From: Anaeromyxobacter sp.
Lineage (GTDB): Bacteria; Myxococcota; Myxococcia; Myxococcales; Anaeromyxobacteraceae
Reading direction: 5' to 3'
Assembly: GCA_049840735.1 (NCBI GenBank)
Contig: JASGJN010000025.1
Coordinates: 32,001-96,000, forward strand
DNA length: 64,000 bases
In this document: positions 1 to 12,348 of the stretch, one piece after another
Position numbering within the stretch: position 1 is the first letter of the stretch
How the letters are laid out: each line of letters opens with the position of its first letter
The notes under the pieces: model-generated
Told to the model about the DNA's origin: nothing
What the model saw: only the letters and a program-made list of their open reading frames with translations
Databases searched by the model: none
Made by a program: the position numbers and the translations under genes

Positions 1-39
1 GTCGCGGGCGCGGCGGAAGACGTCGGTCGGGGTGGGCAT
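1..39 (-). CDS. 5' end of a gene running off the window (MPTPTDVFRRARD...), possibly an AMP-binding acyl-CoA synthetase
   Basis: ATG at 39 on the minus strand with an AGGAGG RBS upstream; N-terminus resembles the 'FRxARDFL' start of AMP-binding proteins; only 13 codons visible. Confidence 0.4.
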   Translation of the reverse strand, partial: MPTPTDVFRRARD

Positions 40-151
40 GCTCGGACCTCCTGGGGAAGCGGGCGAGTCTGCCAGCCATGTGTCACCAGGGGATTGCGCG
101 CCGCGCCGCTACCCGTTCGGGGGTAGCGGGCGGCGTGATAGCCTTCGCGCC

Positions 152-502
152 ATGTCCCGCATCCAGACCCACGCCATCCCGATCCAGACCACCTTCGAGC
201 CGCCGCCGGGCACCGTCGTCGAGCGGATCATCGGGCCGGTCTGGGGCATCACCGTCCGCAGCCGCAGCATCGTCGGCACCACCTGCGCCGGCTGCCAGAC
301 CGTCTTCGGTGGCGAGATCACCGTCTTCACCGACCTCGCCAACGACTCGCGCAACGAGGCCATGAACCGGCTGGAGCACAACGCGCGCGAGCTGGGCGCG
401 AACGCCATCCTGGGCATGCGCTTCGACTCCTCCGAGCTGATGCAGAACACCAACGAGATCGTCGCCTACGGGACGGCGGTGGTGATCCGGCTGGCGCAGT
501 GA
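152..502 (+). CDS. YbjQ/UPF0145 family protein
   Basis: GPVWGITVRSR...GGEI...LGANAILGMRFDS...AYGTAV signature; extended -10 TGnTAGCCT 7 nt before the ATG. Confidence 0.9.
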   Translation: MSRIQTHAIPIQTTFEPPPGTVVERIIGPVWGITVRSRSIVGTTCAGCQTVFGGEITVFTDLANDSRNEAMNRLEHNARELGANAILGMRFDSSELMQNTNEIVAYGTAVVIRLAQ

Positions 503-1166
503 GCCGCCTGCCGCGGCCGCTGGCGCGCCGGCTGGACCGGCTGGCGCGCCGCGCGCACGCCTTCCACCGCTGGGCGCACCACCCGCTCTGCGACCGGTAC
601 GCCGGCGAGGTGTTCCGCGCCGGGCGCCGGACCCGGCTCTGCCGCGGCTGCACCCTGGCCGCCACCGGCGGCGCCGCCGGCCTGGCGCTGGGGGCCCTCC
701 TGCCGCCCGCGCCCGGCGCGCTGCTGCTCGCGGCCGCGGTCGCGCTGCTGGTGCTGGCACCGCTGGCGGTGCGGGGGCGCGCGCCTGGGCCAACAGGGGA
801 ACACGCCCCCGTTCGCCCTGAGCGTAGCCGCGGCGACGCCGCGGCGGAGTCGAAGGGCGAGAGCGGCAAGCCCCCCAAGCTCCTCATCCGCTTCCTTCCC
901 ACGCTCGCCGCCGGGGCGCTGCTGGGCCAGGCGCTCCGCTCCCCGCGCTCCTGCCCCTCGGCGCCGCCGCGCTGGCCGCCGCGGCCGTGGCGCTGGCCAC
1001 GCGCGCCTACCGCCGCCGCGCGCCGGACCGCGCCCCCTGCGCCGGCTGCCCGCACGCGCCGCCCTCGCTGACCTGCCCCGGCTTCGCCCCGCAGGCCCGC
1101 CGCGAGCGCGCCTTCCAGCGGCTCTCCGGCCGGCTCATCCAAGAAGCCCAGCGGCCGGCGGTGTGA
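499..1166 (+). CDS. Cys/His-rich membrane protein (HHPLC..CRGC; C-terminal CAGC..CPGF) with one apparent frameshift near 945 and an in-frame REP insertion
   Basis: GTG overlaps the upstream stop; hydrophobic segments; the shifted frame continues ...YRRRAPDRAPCAGCPH...TCPGF...RLSGRLI to TGA at 1164-1166. Confidence 0.6.
811..858 (+). repeat. REP-like palindromic element, in-frame within a CDS
   Basis: GTTCGCCCTGAGCGTA-GCCGCGGC gac GCCGCGGC-GGAGTCGAAGGGC. Confidence 0.9.
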
Positions 1167-1341
1167 GTAGGGGTCGCGTCCTTTCACTTTACCCTTTCGA
1201 CTCGAACGGGGACCGCCATGACCACCTGGTCCGTCTACCGGGCCCAGAGGTCCGCGAAGCGGCCGCCCTGGGCCCCTCCCCGCGCGGCGTGATGCCTCGC
1301 CCGTGCGCCCCCTGCGCTCCGCGTGCTATGCCCTCACCACT

Positions 1342-1623
1342 ATGCTGAAGGCCAACACGTACTTCGACGGCAAGGTGCAGAGCATCGGGTTCGAGCGCAA
1401 CGGCCGCCGCCTCACGGCGGGCGTCATCGACGTGGGCGAGTACCACTTCGGGACCGACGCGCCGGAGCGGATGACGGTGATCTCGGGCGAGCTGTGGGCG
1501 AAGCTGCCGGGCGAGGCGGCTTGGCGCGCGTTCCCGGCGGGCACGGTCTTCGAGATCCCGGGCAAGAGCGGGTTCGACGTGAAGGCGGCCGCGCCCTCGG
1601 CCTACCTCTGCGAGTTCCTGTAG
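1342..1623 (+). CDS. ppnP: Pyrimidine/purine nucleoside phosphorylase PpnP (DUF1255)
   Basis: MLKANTYFDGKVQSIGF...GEYHFGTDAPERMTVISG...YLCEF. Confidence 0.92.
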   Translation: MLKANTYFDGKVQSIGFERNGRRLTAGVIDVGEYHFGTDAPERMTVISGELWAKLPGEAAWRAFPAGTVFEIPGKSGFDVKAAAPSAYLCEFL

Positions 1624-1638
1624 CCGCTCGCCAGGGCC

Positions 1639-1845
1639 TCAGCCCAGCAGCAGCAGCCAGACGCCCACGGCGAAGATGCCGGCGAGCGCGGCCACGTGCA
1701 GGGCCGAGAGCCAGCCGAAGAGGCGCGGCCGCGGCACCGCCTGCGCCTGGCCGCGCCGGCCGATCACCTGCCGGTGCACCAGCACGGCCACGGCCGCGGC
1801 GGTGCAGAAGACGAGCAGCGATGCGGCGGCGCGCGGTTCGACCAT
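1639..1845 (-). CDS. Small two-TM membrane protein
   Basis: MVEPRAAASLLVFCTAAAVAVLV...LAGIFAVGVWLLLLG; TAAGTT -10 box 7 nt upstream. Confidence 0.6.
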   Translation of the reverse strand: MVEPRAAASLLVFCTAAAVAVLVHRQVIGRRGQAQAVPRPRLFGWLSALHVAALAGIFAVGVWLLLLG

Positions 1846-1903
1846 CGGCGCGAACTTAGCCGATCGGCCGGGGCGGTCCGCGGCGGGTGCGGCGCGGCGC
1901 CCC

Positions 1904-1937
1904 AAAAGAAGAGCGGCGCGGGAGGCCCGCGCCGCTC
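1904..1937 (-). terminator. Rho-independent terminator after the DsbA gene
   Basis: GAGCGGCGCGG/CCGCGCCGCTC hairpin followed by TTCTTTT on the minus strand. Confidence 0.7.
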
Positions 1938-1964
1938 GAGGTTCACCCCCGGTGGGGGTGGTCG

Positions 1965-3296
1965 CTACTTGGCGCTGGCGGCGGCGGCCAGCTGGCGGTC
2001 GATGACCGACTGGTACTTCGCGAAGGGCTGGGCCCCGACCACCTTCTCACCGTTGATGAACACGGTGGGCGTCCCGCCGGCGCCGAGCTTCGTGCCCTGC
2101 TCCGAGTCCTCCTGGATGCGGGCGCGCAGGGCAGGGTCGGCCACCGCGGCGTTGAACTTGGCCAGGTCGAGCTTCAGCTGCTTGGCGTACTGCGGGTAGA
2201 GGTCCGCGCCTAGCGCGCGCTGGTCGGAGAAGAGCAGGTCGTGCATCTCCCAGAACTTGCCCTGCTTGCGCGCGGCCTCGGCGGCCAGCGCGGCGGGGAC
2301 GGCCTGGGGGTGCATGGTCGAGAGCGGCTGGTGCTTCCACACGAACCGGACCTTGTCGCCGTAGGTCCGCGCGACCTCCGTCAGCGTCGGCTCGACCCGG
2401 CTGCAGTACGGGCACTGGAAGTCGGAGAAGACCACCAGCGTGACGGGCGCCTTGGGGTTGCCCTTGATCGGATCGTCCGGCCGGAGCTCCACGGTGACCG
2501 GCTTCGGTCCCAGCGAAGCGTTGGACATGAGCTTCTCGTACACCTGCGCCGCGGGCGTGCCGGCGGCCACCATGGCCTCGGCCTTCTTCAGCTCCTCGTC
2601 GATCAGCTTCTGGAAGGCCTCGTACGGCTGCGCGCCGGAGAGGAACCGGCCGTTCACGAAGAACGCCGGGGTGCCCGTGACCTCGAGGACCGAGGCCTGG
2701 GCCTGGTCGCGGTCCACCCGGTCCTTGTACTTCCGGGTGGCGATGGCGTCCTTCACCTTGGCCACGTCGAGCTTCAGCTCGCCGGCGAGGCGCTCCAGGT
2801 CGGCGTCCTCCAGCGCGGGCGCGGACTCGAAGAGCTTGTCGTGCATCTCCCAGAACTTCGCGCTCCCGCCCTGCGCGCGGGCCTCCTCGGCGGCCATGGC
2901 GGCGGGGAGGGCGCGCGGGTGGAAGCCGAGCGGGAAGTGCTTGAACGCCACGCGGACCTTGCCGCGGTAGGCGTCCTCGACCTGCTTGAGCGTGGTGTAG
3001 CCGCGCTTGCAGAACGGGCACTGGAAGTCGGACACCACCACGATGGTGACCAGCGCGTCGGCGGGGCCGCGGACCGGGCTGTCACCCAGCGTCATCTTGC
3101 GGACGTCCTGGGGGACCGGCGGCAGCCCCTGCGGGCGGCGCTGGGCGGGCTGGGCGCCCTGCGAGGGGGCGGGGGCCGAAGGGGCGACGGCGGCGGCCCG
3201 GGGCCGGTCCTCGCCGCCACTGACGGTGTAGGCGCGCAGGGTATAGCCGAGGGCGGCGCCCACGATCAGGGCGACGATCCAGCTCACATGCTTCAT
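1965..3296 (-). CDS. DsbA family protein with two thioredoxin domains
   Basis: N-terminal TM anchor; SDFQCPFC and SDFQCPYC motifs; GTP cis-Pro loops. Confidence 0.92.
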   Translation of the reverse strand: MKHVSWIVALIVGAALGYTLRAYTVSGGEDRPRAAAVAPSAPAPSQGAQPAQRRPQGLPPVPQDVRKMTLGDSPVRGPADALVTIVVVSDFQCPFCKRGYTTLKQVEDAYRGKVRVAFKHFPLGFHPRALPAAMAAEEARAQGGSAKFWEMHDKLFESAPALEDADLERLAGELKLDVAKVKDAIATRKYKDRVDRDQAQASVLEVTGTPAFFVNGRFLSGAQPYEAFQKLIDEELKKAEAMVAAGTPAAQVYEKLMSNASLGPKPVTVELRPDDPIKGNPKAPVTLVVFSDFQCPYCSRVEPTLTEVARTYGDKVRFVWKHQPLSTMHPQAVPAALAAEAARKQGKFWEMHDLLFSDQRALGADLYPQYAKQLKLDLAKFNAAVADPALRARIQEDSEQGTKLGAGGTPTVFINGEKVVGAQPFAKYQSVIDRQLAAAASAK

Positions 3297-3452
3297 CGGT
3301 CAGGCTCCTTCGATCAGGCCGCGTGGAGAGGCACGGCAATTACCAGAGTTCCGGGGAGGCCACAACGAAGCGGCCCCACCCCGATCCTCTCGAAACACGC
3401 GCCGGGGCTGGCAATTCCCGCCGCGCCCTCCCCCTGGCGGGGGAAGGGCCGC

Positions 3453-3956
3453 TCAGGGCCGGACCACCGACCCGAGCCGGATCATGATCGGCACCCCGGC
3501 GCTGTCGCGGAGCGGCACGCCGGAGTCCAGCTCCAGCGCCAGCGCGAAGTTGCCGGTCAGCTTCAGCTCGTAGGCGGCGCCCAGGAGCAGGTAGCGCCAG
3601 CTGAAGCTCTCGTTGCGCGCGTTGGAGGCGTCCAGGGCCACCCGCAGCTGGATGGGCGTGCTGGGGATGGGCAGGCGCACGCCGGGCCGGATCGCCCCGT
3701 GGGCGTCCGGCTCGAGGCCGAGCACCAGCCCCACCTCCGGGCGGATGCGGTTCTGGAACTCCCAGCCGAGCAGCCCCTCGGCCTCCAGCATGGTCTTCTT
3801 GCTGCCGTCCGCGCCCTGCTCCGTCCCCAGGGCGATCGCGAAGCCGATCACCCCGTTGCCGCCGCTGCTGCTGCCTTCTTCGGTGGGCTCCTGCGCCCCG
3901 GCGACGGCGGCGGCGGTGAGCAGGGCGAGGGCGGCGAGTGCGCGGAGGTGGCTCAT
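3453..3956 (-). CDS. Secreted protein, probable small outer-membrane beta-barrel
   Basis: Signal peptide MSHLRALAALALLTAAAVAGA; alternating amphipathic beta pattern. Confidence 0.6.
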   Translation of the reverse strand: MSHLRALAALALLTAAAVAGAQEPTEEGSSSGGNGVIGFAIALGTEQGADGSKKTMLEAEGLLGWEFQNRIRPEVGLVLGLEPDAHGAIRPGVRLPIPSTPIQLRVALDASNARNESFSWRYLLLGAAYELKLTGNFALALELDSGVPLRDSAGVPIMIRLGSVVRP

Positions 3957-4111
3957 GTCGCCGGGAGGGTATTCGCGGCCGGCGCGCTGCGGCAAGAAAC
4001 AGGCCCCGCCTGCCGGCGCGCCGACCCACCCGGACCCGGCGTTCCGGGCGCGGGGTTGCCCCGGCGGAGCGGAGCGGCTACACCGAGTCCCCCGTGGAGA
4101 ACGCCGCCCAG

Positions 4112-4354
4112 ATGCCGCCGCCGGCGCGGACCATCGACACCTCGGGCCGCCTCTGCCCGTACCCGATCGTCGAGGCCGCCCGCGCGGTGAAGCAGCTCGC
4201 GCCCGGCGCGGTGCTGCTGGTGATCTCCACCGATCCGGGCATCGCGGTGGACATGCCGATGTGGTGCAAGGCCACCCGCAACGAGCACCTGGGCACGTTC
4301 CGCGAGGGGACGGCCTGGAAGAGCTTCGTCCGCAGGGGCGGGGAGGCGAGATGA
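4112..4354 (+). CDS. tusA: TusA family sulfur carrier
   Basis: IDTSGRLCPYP (CPxP) motif; ISTDPG. Confidence 0.88.
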   Translation: MPPPARTIDTSGRLCPYPIVEAARAVKQLAPGAVLLVISTDPGIAVDMPMWCKATRNEHLGTFREGTAWKSFVRRGGEAR

Positions 4355-5406
4355 CGCGCAAGGTCAAGGCGATCGGGATGATCTCCGGCGGCCTCGACTC
4401 GACGCTGGCGCTGGCGCTGATCCGCCGGCAGGGCATCGAGGTGAAGGCCATCAACTTCTACACCGGCTTCTGCATCACCGAGACGCAGCGCCGGAAGGGC
4501 GGGCGGCCGGACGGCACCATCCCGCAGAACGAGGCGCTGCGCGCCGCCGCCGACCTCGAGGTGGACATCGAGTACGTGGACATCTCCGGCCGCGCGTACT
4601 TCGACATGCTGGTCCACCCGCGCTGGGGCTACGGCGCGAACGCCAACCCCTGCGTGGACTGCCGCGTCTTCATGATGCGCAAGGCGAAGGAGATCATGGA
4701 GGCGGAGGGGGCCGACTTCATCTTCACCGGCGAGGTGCTGGGCCAGCGCCCCAAGAGCCAGCGGCGCGACACGCTGCGCATCATCGAGCGCGAGAGCGGC
4801 CTCGACGGGCGGCTGCTCCGGCCGCTCTCGGCCAAGCTCCTGCCGCCCACGCTGCCGGAGCAGGACGGGCGCGTGGACCGCGCGCTGCTGGAGGACATCA
4901 GCGGCCGGGGGCGCAACCGGCAGATCGAGCTGGCGAAGCAGATCGGCGTCTCGGAGTACCCGCAGCCGGCGGGCGGTTGCTGCTACCTCACCGACGAGAA
5001 CTTCTCGAAGAAGTTCTTCGACGTGCTGGACACGCGCGAGGCCCGCGGCGAGGAGCGGCGCATCGACCGGGAGGACGTGATCCTCCTCTCGACCGGCCGC
5101 CACTTCCGCCTCTCGCCGCGCGCCAAGCTGGTGGTCGGCCGCAGCGAGGTGGAGAACGCGCTCCTGGAGCACCACGTCGAGGGGCGCGCCCGGCTCGAGG
5201 CCAAGGACGTGAACGGCCCCATCGCGCTGGTGGAGGGGACGCCGACGTGGGAGGAGCGCCAGCTGGCCGCCCGGATCGTCGCCCGCTACGGCAAGGGCAA
5301 GGACGCGCCGACGGTGGCGGTCGAGTGGCGGGAGGGTGACCTGGTCGAGGTGTACGAGGTCTCGCCGGAGCAGGACGAGGCGAAGATCGAGGCGCTGCGG
5401 ATCTAG
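4351..5406 (+). CDS. ThiI/MnmA-like PP-loop tRNA sulfurtransferase lacking THUMP, with C-terminal DUF814-like domain
   Basis: SGGLDS PP-loop; NPCVDCR; TGEVLGQRPKSQ; PAGGCCYL; GRHFRL. Confidence 0.85.
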   Translation: MTRKVKAIGMISGGLDSTLALALIRRQGIEVKAINFYTGFCITETQRRKGGRPDGTIPQNEALRAAADLEVDIEYVDISGRAYFDMLVHPRWGYGANANPCVDCRVFMMRKAKEIMEAEGADFIFTGEVLGQRPKSQRRDTLRIIERESGLDGRLLRPLSAKLLPPTLPEQDGRVDRALLEDISGRGRNRQIELAKQIGVSEYPQPAGGCCYLTDENFSKKFFDVLDTREARGEERRIDREDVILLSTGRHFRLSPRAKLVVGRSEVENALLEHHVEGRARLEAKDVNGPIALVEGTPTWEERQLAARIVARYGKGKDAPTVAVEWREGDLVEVYEVSPEQDEAKIEALRI

Positions 5407-5441
5407 GGCAGGCCTGGCGCCGCGTGGCTCACGGCGAGCCT

Positions 5442-5494
5442 GGCCTTCGACTCCGCGCCCGCTGCGCGGGCGCTACGCCCAGATGGCCGAACGG
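5442..5494 (-). repeat. REP-like element (slightly degenerate)
   Basis: GGCCTTCGACTCC-GCGCCCGC tgc GCGGGCGC-TACGCCCAG. Confidence 0.8.
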
Positions 5495-5804
5495 GGGCGG
5501 AACCCCGGCATCGGGTCCTTGGGGACGAGCGGGCAAAGCCGCCTGGTGCGCTGGCTCGCCGCCGCCCTGATCCCTTTTGCCGCAGGCGGCCGGGCAGGCC
5601 CCGCCGGGCCCTGCTTTTTCCTGCGGTTTCGCTCGGTTGTTTGTTGACGGGGCCGGGCGGGAAGCGTACCCGATGCGGTGCGATTTTGTCGGGGGGCGCG
5701 GTCCGCCACCACGACGTGGCGGAAGGCGTGCCCTCGCTCGGACACGGGCAGGGAACATTCACCCTGGGACAACATTCCAGGCCCGGGGTCATCACGAGGT
5801 GAAC

Positions 5805-8624
<2,820 letters not shown>

Positions 8625-8650
8625 CCGATCACCTCGCAGCACGCACCATC

Positions 8651-8692
8651 GCGGGGGTCCCGGGCATGATCCGGGGCCCCCGCTCCTCTTTT
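8651..8692 (+). terminator. Terminator after ppdK
   Basis: GCGGGGGTCCCGGG/TCCGGGGCCCCCGC hairpin followed by TCCTCTTTT. Confidence 0.65.
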
Positions 8693-8859
8693 GGCTGGGG
8701 CTCAGCACTTCCGCGCACATCGCCTCCGCCTCGATGGGCTCCCGCTCCGGAAGAGGTGTGTCCCGTGACCTCGGGGCACGTACTTTGACGAGGGCGCCTG
8801 GCTCGGGCACACTCCGGATCGTCTCGGCGCCGCCCCCGCGCCGCCTCGCCACCGAGAAA

Positions 8860-10116
8860 ATGAAGCGCACCACGCCTCCTGCCTGGACCCTCTCTGCCGG
8901 CCTGCTGCTCCTGGCCGGCTTCGCCGCTCCCCGCGCGGACGACCTCGCGTCGCTCTCCGATCCGGTCAAGGCCACCATCGCGTCCGAGGCCGAGCAGGCC
9001 GCCCTCCGCGCGCCGCCGGCGCCGCAGCTGCCGCTCGGCCAGGCCCGGCTCGACCCGGCCACCGGCCGCTGGGTGGCGAGCTACGGCGACCGCCGCGCCG
9101 TGCTCACGCTGGAGCCGCGGCTGCAGGCGGCGCTGGAGCGGAGCCTGGAGCAGTGGACGGTCCCGTGGGGGGTCACGGTCCTGATCGAGCCGGCCACCGG
9201 CCGGGTGCTGGCCATGGCCGAGCACTCGCAGCGCGAGCCGGACCGCCGCGGGATGGCGCTCCAGCCCATGGCGCCGGCCGCCTCCATCTTCAAGCTGGTC
9301 ACCGCCGCGGCGCTGCTGGAGCAGGGCGTCTCGCCGGGCGAGCAGGTCTGCTACCACGGCGGCCGCCACCGGCTGCAGCCGCGGCTGCTGGACGACGACC
9401 CGCGGCGGGACCGGAGCTGCGTCACGCTGGAGAGCGCCTTCGGCCACTCCACCAACGTGGTCTTCGCCAAGCTGGCCGGCCGCGGCCTCGACGCCTCGCT
9501 GCTGCGCAGCGCGGCCGAGCGCTTCATGTTCAACAGCGAGATCCCCTTCGCCGAGCAGGTGGGCGTCTCGCCGGCCCGCATCGAGGACGACCGCTTCGAG
9601 CTGGCCAACACCGCCGCCGGCTTCGGCCCGGTCCGCCTCTCGCCGCTGCACGGCGCGCTGCTGGCGGCCACGGTGGCCAACGGCGGCCTGTTCGTGCCGC
9701 CGGTGCTGATCGACCACGTCGAGGGCGCGCCCACCCCGACCCCGCTCGCGCCCTGGCGCGTGGTGGACGAGCAGGTGGCGGCCTCGCTGCAGGACATGAT
9801 GCGGGCCACCGTCACCGAGGGCACCGGCCGCCGGCAGTTCAAGCGCGCGGGCGGCAGCCTGCGCGGCGTCACGGTGGCGGGCAAGACCGGCTCGCTCTCC
9901 GAGCAGGGCCCGTACCGGGACTACTCCTGGTTCGTGGGCTTCGCCCCGGCGGACAAGCCGGAGATCGCCATCGCCACGGTGGTGGTCAACGAGCGGCTCT
10001 GGCGCGTGCGCGCCACCCGCGTGGCCCGCGAGGCGCTGGAGGCCTACTTCCGCACGCAGGTCGCGCAGGCCGGGGACGAGGCCGGCCCGAGGACGGCGCA
10101 CGCGGCGCGGCCGTAG
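8860..10116 (+). CDS. Penicillin-binding transpeptidase-domain protein
   Basis: Signal peptide; SxxK (SIFK), SxN (STN) and KTG motifs. Confidence 0.9.
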   Translation: MKRTTPPAWTLSAGLLLLAGFAAPRADDLASLSDPVKATIASEAEQAALRAPPAPQLPLGQARLDPATGRWVASYGDRRAVLTLEPRLQAALERSLEQWTVPWGVTVLIEPATGRVLAMAEHSQREPDRRGMALQPMAPAASIFKLVTAAALLEQGVSPGEQVCYHGGRHRLQPRLLDDDPRRDRSCVTLESAFGHSTNVVFAKLAGRGLDASLLRSAAERFMFNSEIPFAEQVGVSPARIEDDRFELANTAAGFGPVRLSPLHGALLAATVANGGLFVPPVLIDHVEGAPTPTPLAPWRVVDEQVAASLQDMMRATVTEGTGRRQFKRAGGSLRGVTVAGKTGSLSEQGPYRDYSWFVGFAPADKPEIAIATVVVNERLWRVRATRVAREALEAYFRTQVAQAGDEAGPRTAHAARP

Positions 10117-10165
10117 GACGGGCTTCGGGCCGCGGGCCCCAGGCTCGCGCTTCCCTTCGGCGCCT

Positions 10166-10332
10166 GCCCTTCGACTTCGCGCCCGCTGGCGCGGGCGCTA
10201 CGCTCAGGGCGAACGGATAGCCTCGCCGCGCGAGGGCGGATCCGCTCGGCGAACGGGTTGCCTCGCCGCGCGAACGCCGCCTCCGTTCGGCCTGAGCGTA
10301 GCCGCCGCGAAGCGGCGGCGAAGTCGAAGGCC
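10166..10332. repeat. Inverted pair of REP-like elements (10166-10216 minus; 10283-10332 plus)
   Basis: Two consensus copies in opposite orientation between convergent genes. Confidence 0.88.
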
Positions 10333-10341
10333 AGGGTCCCG

Positions 10342-11457
10342 CTACAGCGTCACCAGCCCCGAGTCGGCGAACCGGCGCACGGCCTTGAGCACGTCCAGCT
10401 CGCGCAGCGGCGCGATGCGGACCAGGTCGCGCGCGGTGCGACGGCCGTCGCAGCGCGAGAGCAGGTACTTGTCGCTGGACGAGAGCTTCAGCTTCGCCAG
10501 CTCGGCCGGCTGCACCGCCAGGCGCGGCGTGGCCGCGGTCTCCAGCAGGTCCTGGCGCAGCCGCGCGGAGAGCTGCTCCTCCACCTGGCGCAGCAGGGTC
10601 TTCGCCTCCACCGAGGTCGGGTCCAGCTCCACCGCGCGCGCCGCCGCCAGCTCGGCCTCGTCGGCGCGGCCGTCGGCCAGCAGGCCGCGGGCGCGCGCCA
10701 CCAGGTCGGCGGCGGCGCCGGGCTCGAAGGCCGGCGCGGTCTGCGCGAGGGGCGGCGGCGCCGCCTTGAGCCAGCCCTGCCGCGCCACCGCGTAGAGCCG
10801 CTGGTACAGGTGGAAGTCGGTGGCGTGCAGCGCCAGCCCGATCTCGTCGATGGTCTTTCCCTCGCGCGCCAGCGAGAGCAGCCGCCCGTCCACGGTGGAC
10901 GGGTCGATGCTGCCGGGCACGCGCGGCTCCACCACCTCCAGCGGCGCCGCGCCGGTGGGGAACTGGGCGCGGAAGGCGCTCCAGGCGGTGGCCCGGAACT
11001 CGGCCTCGCGGCCGATGTCCTGCAGCGGCACCCGCGCGTCCAGCTCGTCCACGCGCGCCACCGGCCCCTCGTCGAAGGTGAAGACCCCCGAGTCCCACAG
11101 GAAGACGTCGAGCAGCGTCTCCCGGATCTTGATGGCCAGCACCTCGCGGATCACGTCCGGCGCCACGTGGCCGACCATGGTCAGCACCTTGCCCAGGCGG
11201 ACCTTGGTCTCCTCCTGCACCTGGAAGGCCTTGTTGAGCTGGTCCTCGGTGAGGTGGCCGAAGTTGATGAGCAGCTGCCCCAGGTACTCGCGGGGATCGT
11301 TGGAGGCGGCCGCCACCGCCGCGCCCTCGGAGAGGTGGACGGTCTTGCGGACCGTGCCGCGCTCGCAGGTCAGCGCGCCGGTCTTGGACAGCCGGGACAG
11401 CAGCTCGACCAGCTCGCCGAGCGGCAGGACCGCGAAGCTGCCCATGAGTCCACGCAC
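10342..11457 (-). CDS. DUF4388 (PatA-N-like) domain protein with MshEN-like and TPR-like segments
   Basis: GSFAVLPLGELVELL..KTGALT..LSEGAAV; YLGQLLINFGHLTEDQL..VRLGKVL. Confidence 0.8.
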   Translation of the reverse strand: MRGLMGSFAVLPLGELVELLSRLSKTGALTCERGTVRKTVHLSEGAAVAAASNDPREYLGQLLINFGHLTEDQLNKAFQVQEETKVRLGKVLTMVGHVAPDVIREVLAIKIRETLLDVFLWDSGVFTFDEGPVARVDELDARVPLQDIGREAEFRATAWSAFRAQFPTGAAPLEVVEPRVPGSIDPSTVDGRLLSLAREGKTIDEIGLALHATDFHLYQRLYAVARQGWLKAAPPPLAQTAPAFEPGAAADLVARARGLLADGRADEAELAAARAVELDPTSVEAKTLLRQVEEQLSARLRQDLLETAATPRLAVQPAELAKLKLSSSDKYLLSRCDGRRTARDLVRIAPLRELDVLKAVRRFADSGLVTL

Positions 11458-11520
11458 CGCGCGAGTCTCGCAAGGTGGGCCGCTGGCGGCAAGCCTGGGC
11501 CTCGTGTAGAACGATTGGCC

Positions 11521-12101
11521 ATGCTCCGGGCCCGCCTCGCCGTCCCGCTCCTCCTCGCCTCCCTGGCCCTCCCCGCCTGCACCAAGGGGCCGGGGAGAGC
11601 GACCTGGCGCGGTTCGGCGTCGATCGGGCGCCTGGCGGCGCGGCCCCCGACTTCACGCTGCAGGGGATCGACGGCAAGCCGGTGACGCTGGCCCAGCTCA
11701 AGGGCCAGGTGATCTTCGTGAACTTCTGGGCCACCTGGTGCCCGCCCTGCCGCTCGGAGATGCCCTCCATGCTGGCGCTGGGGCGCGAGCTGGAGGCCCG
11801 CCACCCGGGCAAGTTCCGCATGCTGGCGGTGTCGGTGGACGACGGGTGGGACCCGGTGCGCGAGTTCCTGAACGCGCCGCCGTTCCTGGGCAAGCTGGAC
11901 GGCGTGACCGTGGCCCTGGACGACGGGCTGACGGCCACCAAGGCCTATTACTGCGCCGCCCGCGGCGCCTGCCCGTCCCAGTACCAGTTCCCGGAGAGCT
12001 ACGTGATCGACCGGGACGGCAAGCTGGTGGCCTTCGTGGTGGGCCCCCGGGAGTGGACCGACCCCACCGCGGCGGCGTGGCTGGAGTCGCTCATCAAGTA
12101 G
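11521..12101 (+). CDS. TlpA/ResA-like thiol-disulfide oxidoreductase lipoprotein (apparent frameshift near 11590)
   Basis: Lipobox LALPAC in one frame; APDFTL..NFWATWCPPC..FPESYVIDRDG in the next. Confidence 0.85.
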
Positions 12102-12348
12102 GCGCCCGCCTGCTCGCCGCGCGGCCGGCGGCGGGGCGGTGGCCCCTTAGCCCCGGAGCGCGCAAGCGTCCGTTTCTCCAGCGTTGACGCGCCGCGTCCT
12201 GGCCTGCCGTCCACATGCGGGCGAGGTGCTCGGCGGGGCGTGGGGGCCCGGTTTTCTTGCCGGCGCCGGGCCCGCTGCTATAAATGCCCCGAATCTTCGG
12301 TGTTTGGGCGATCGGTGCGCTCCCGCACCCCGCCGTTTCGGAGGCTGC

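Noticed and set aside
1190..1280. tRNA (TTCGA motif)
   Set aside because: No cloverleaf, acceptor stem or CCA end.
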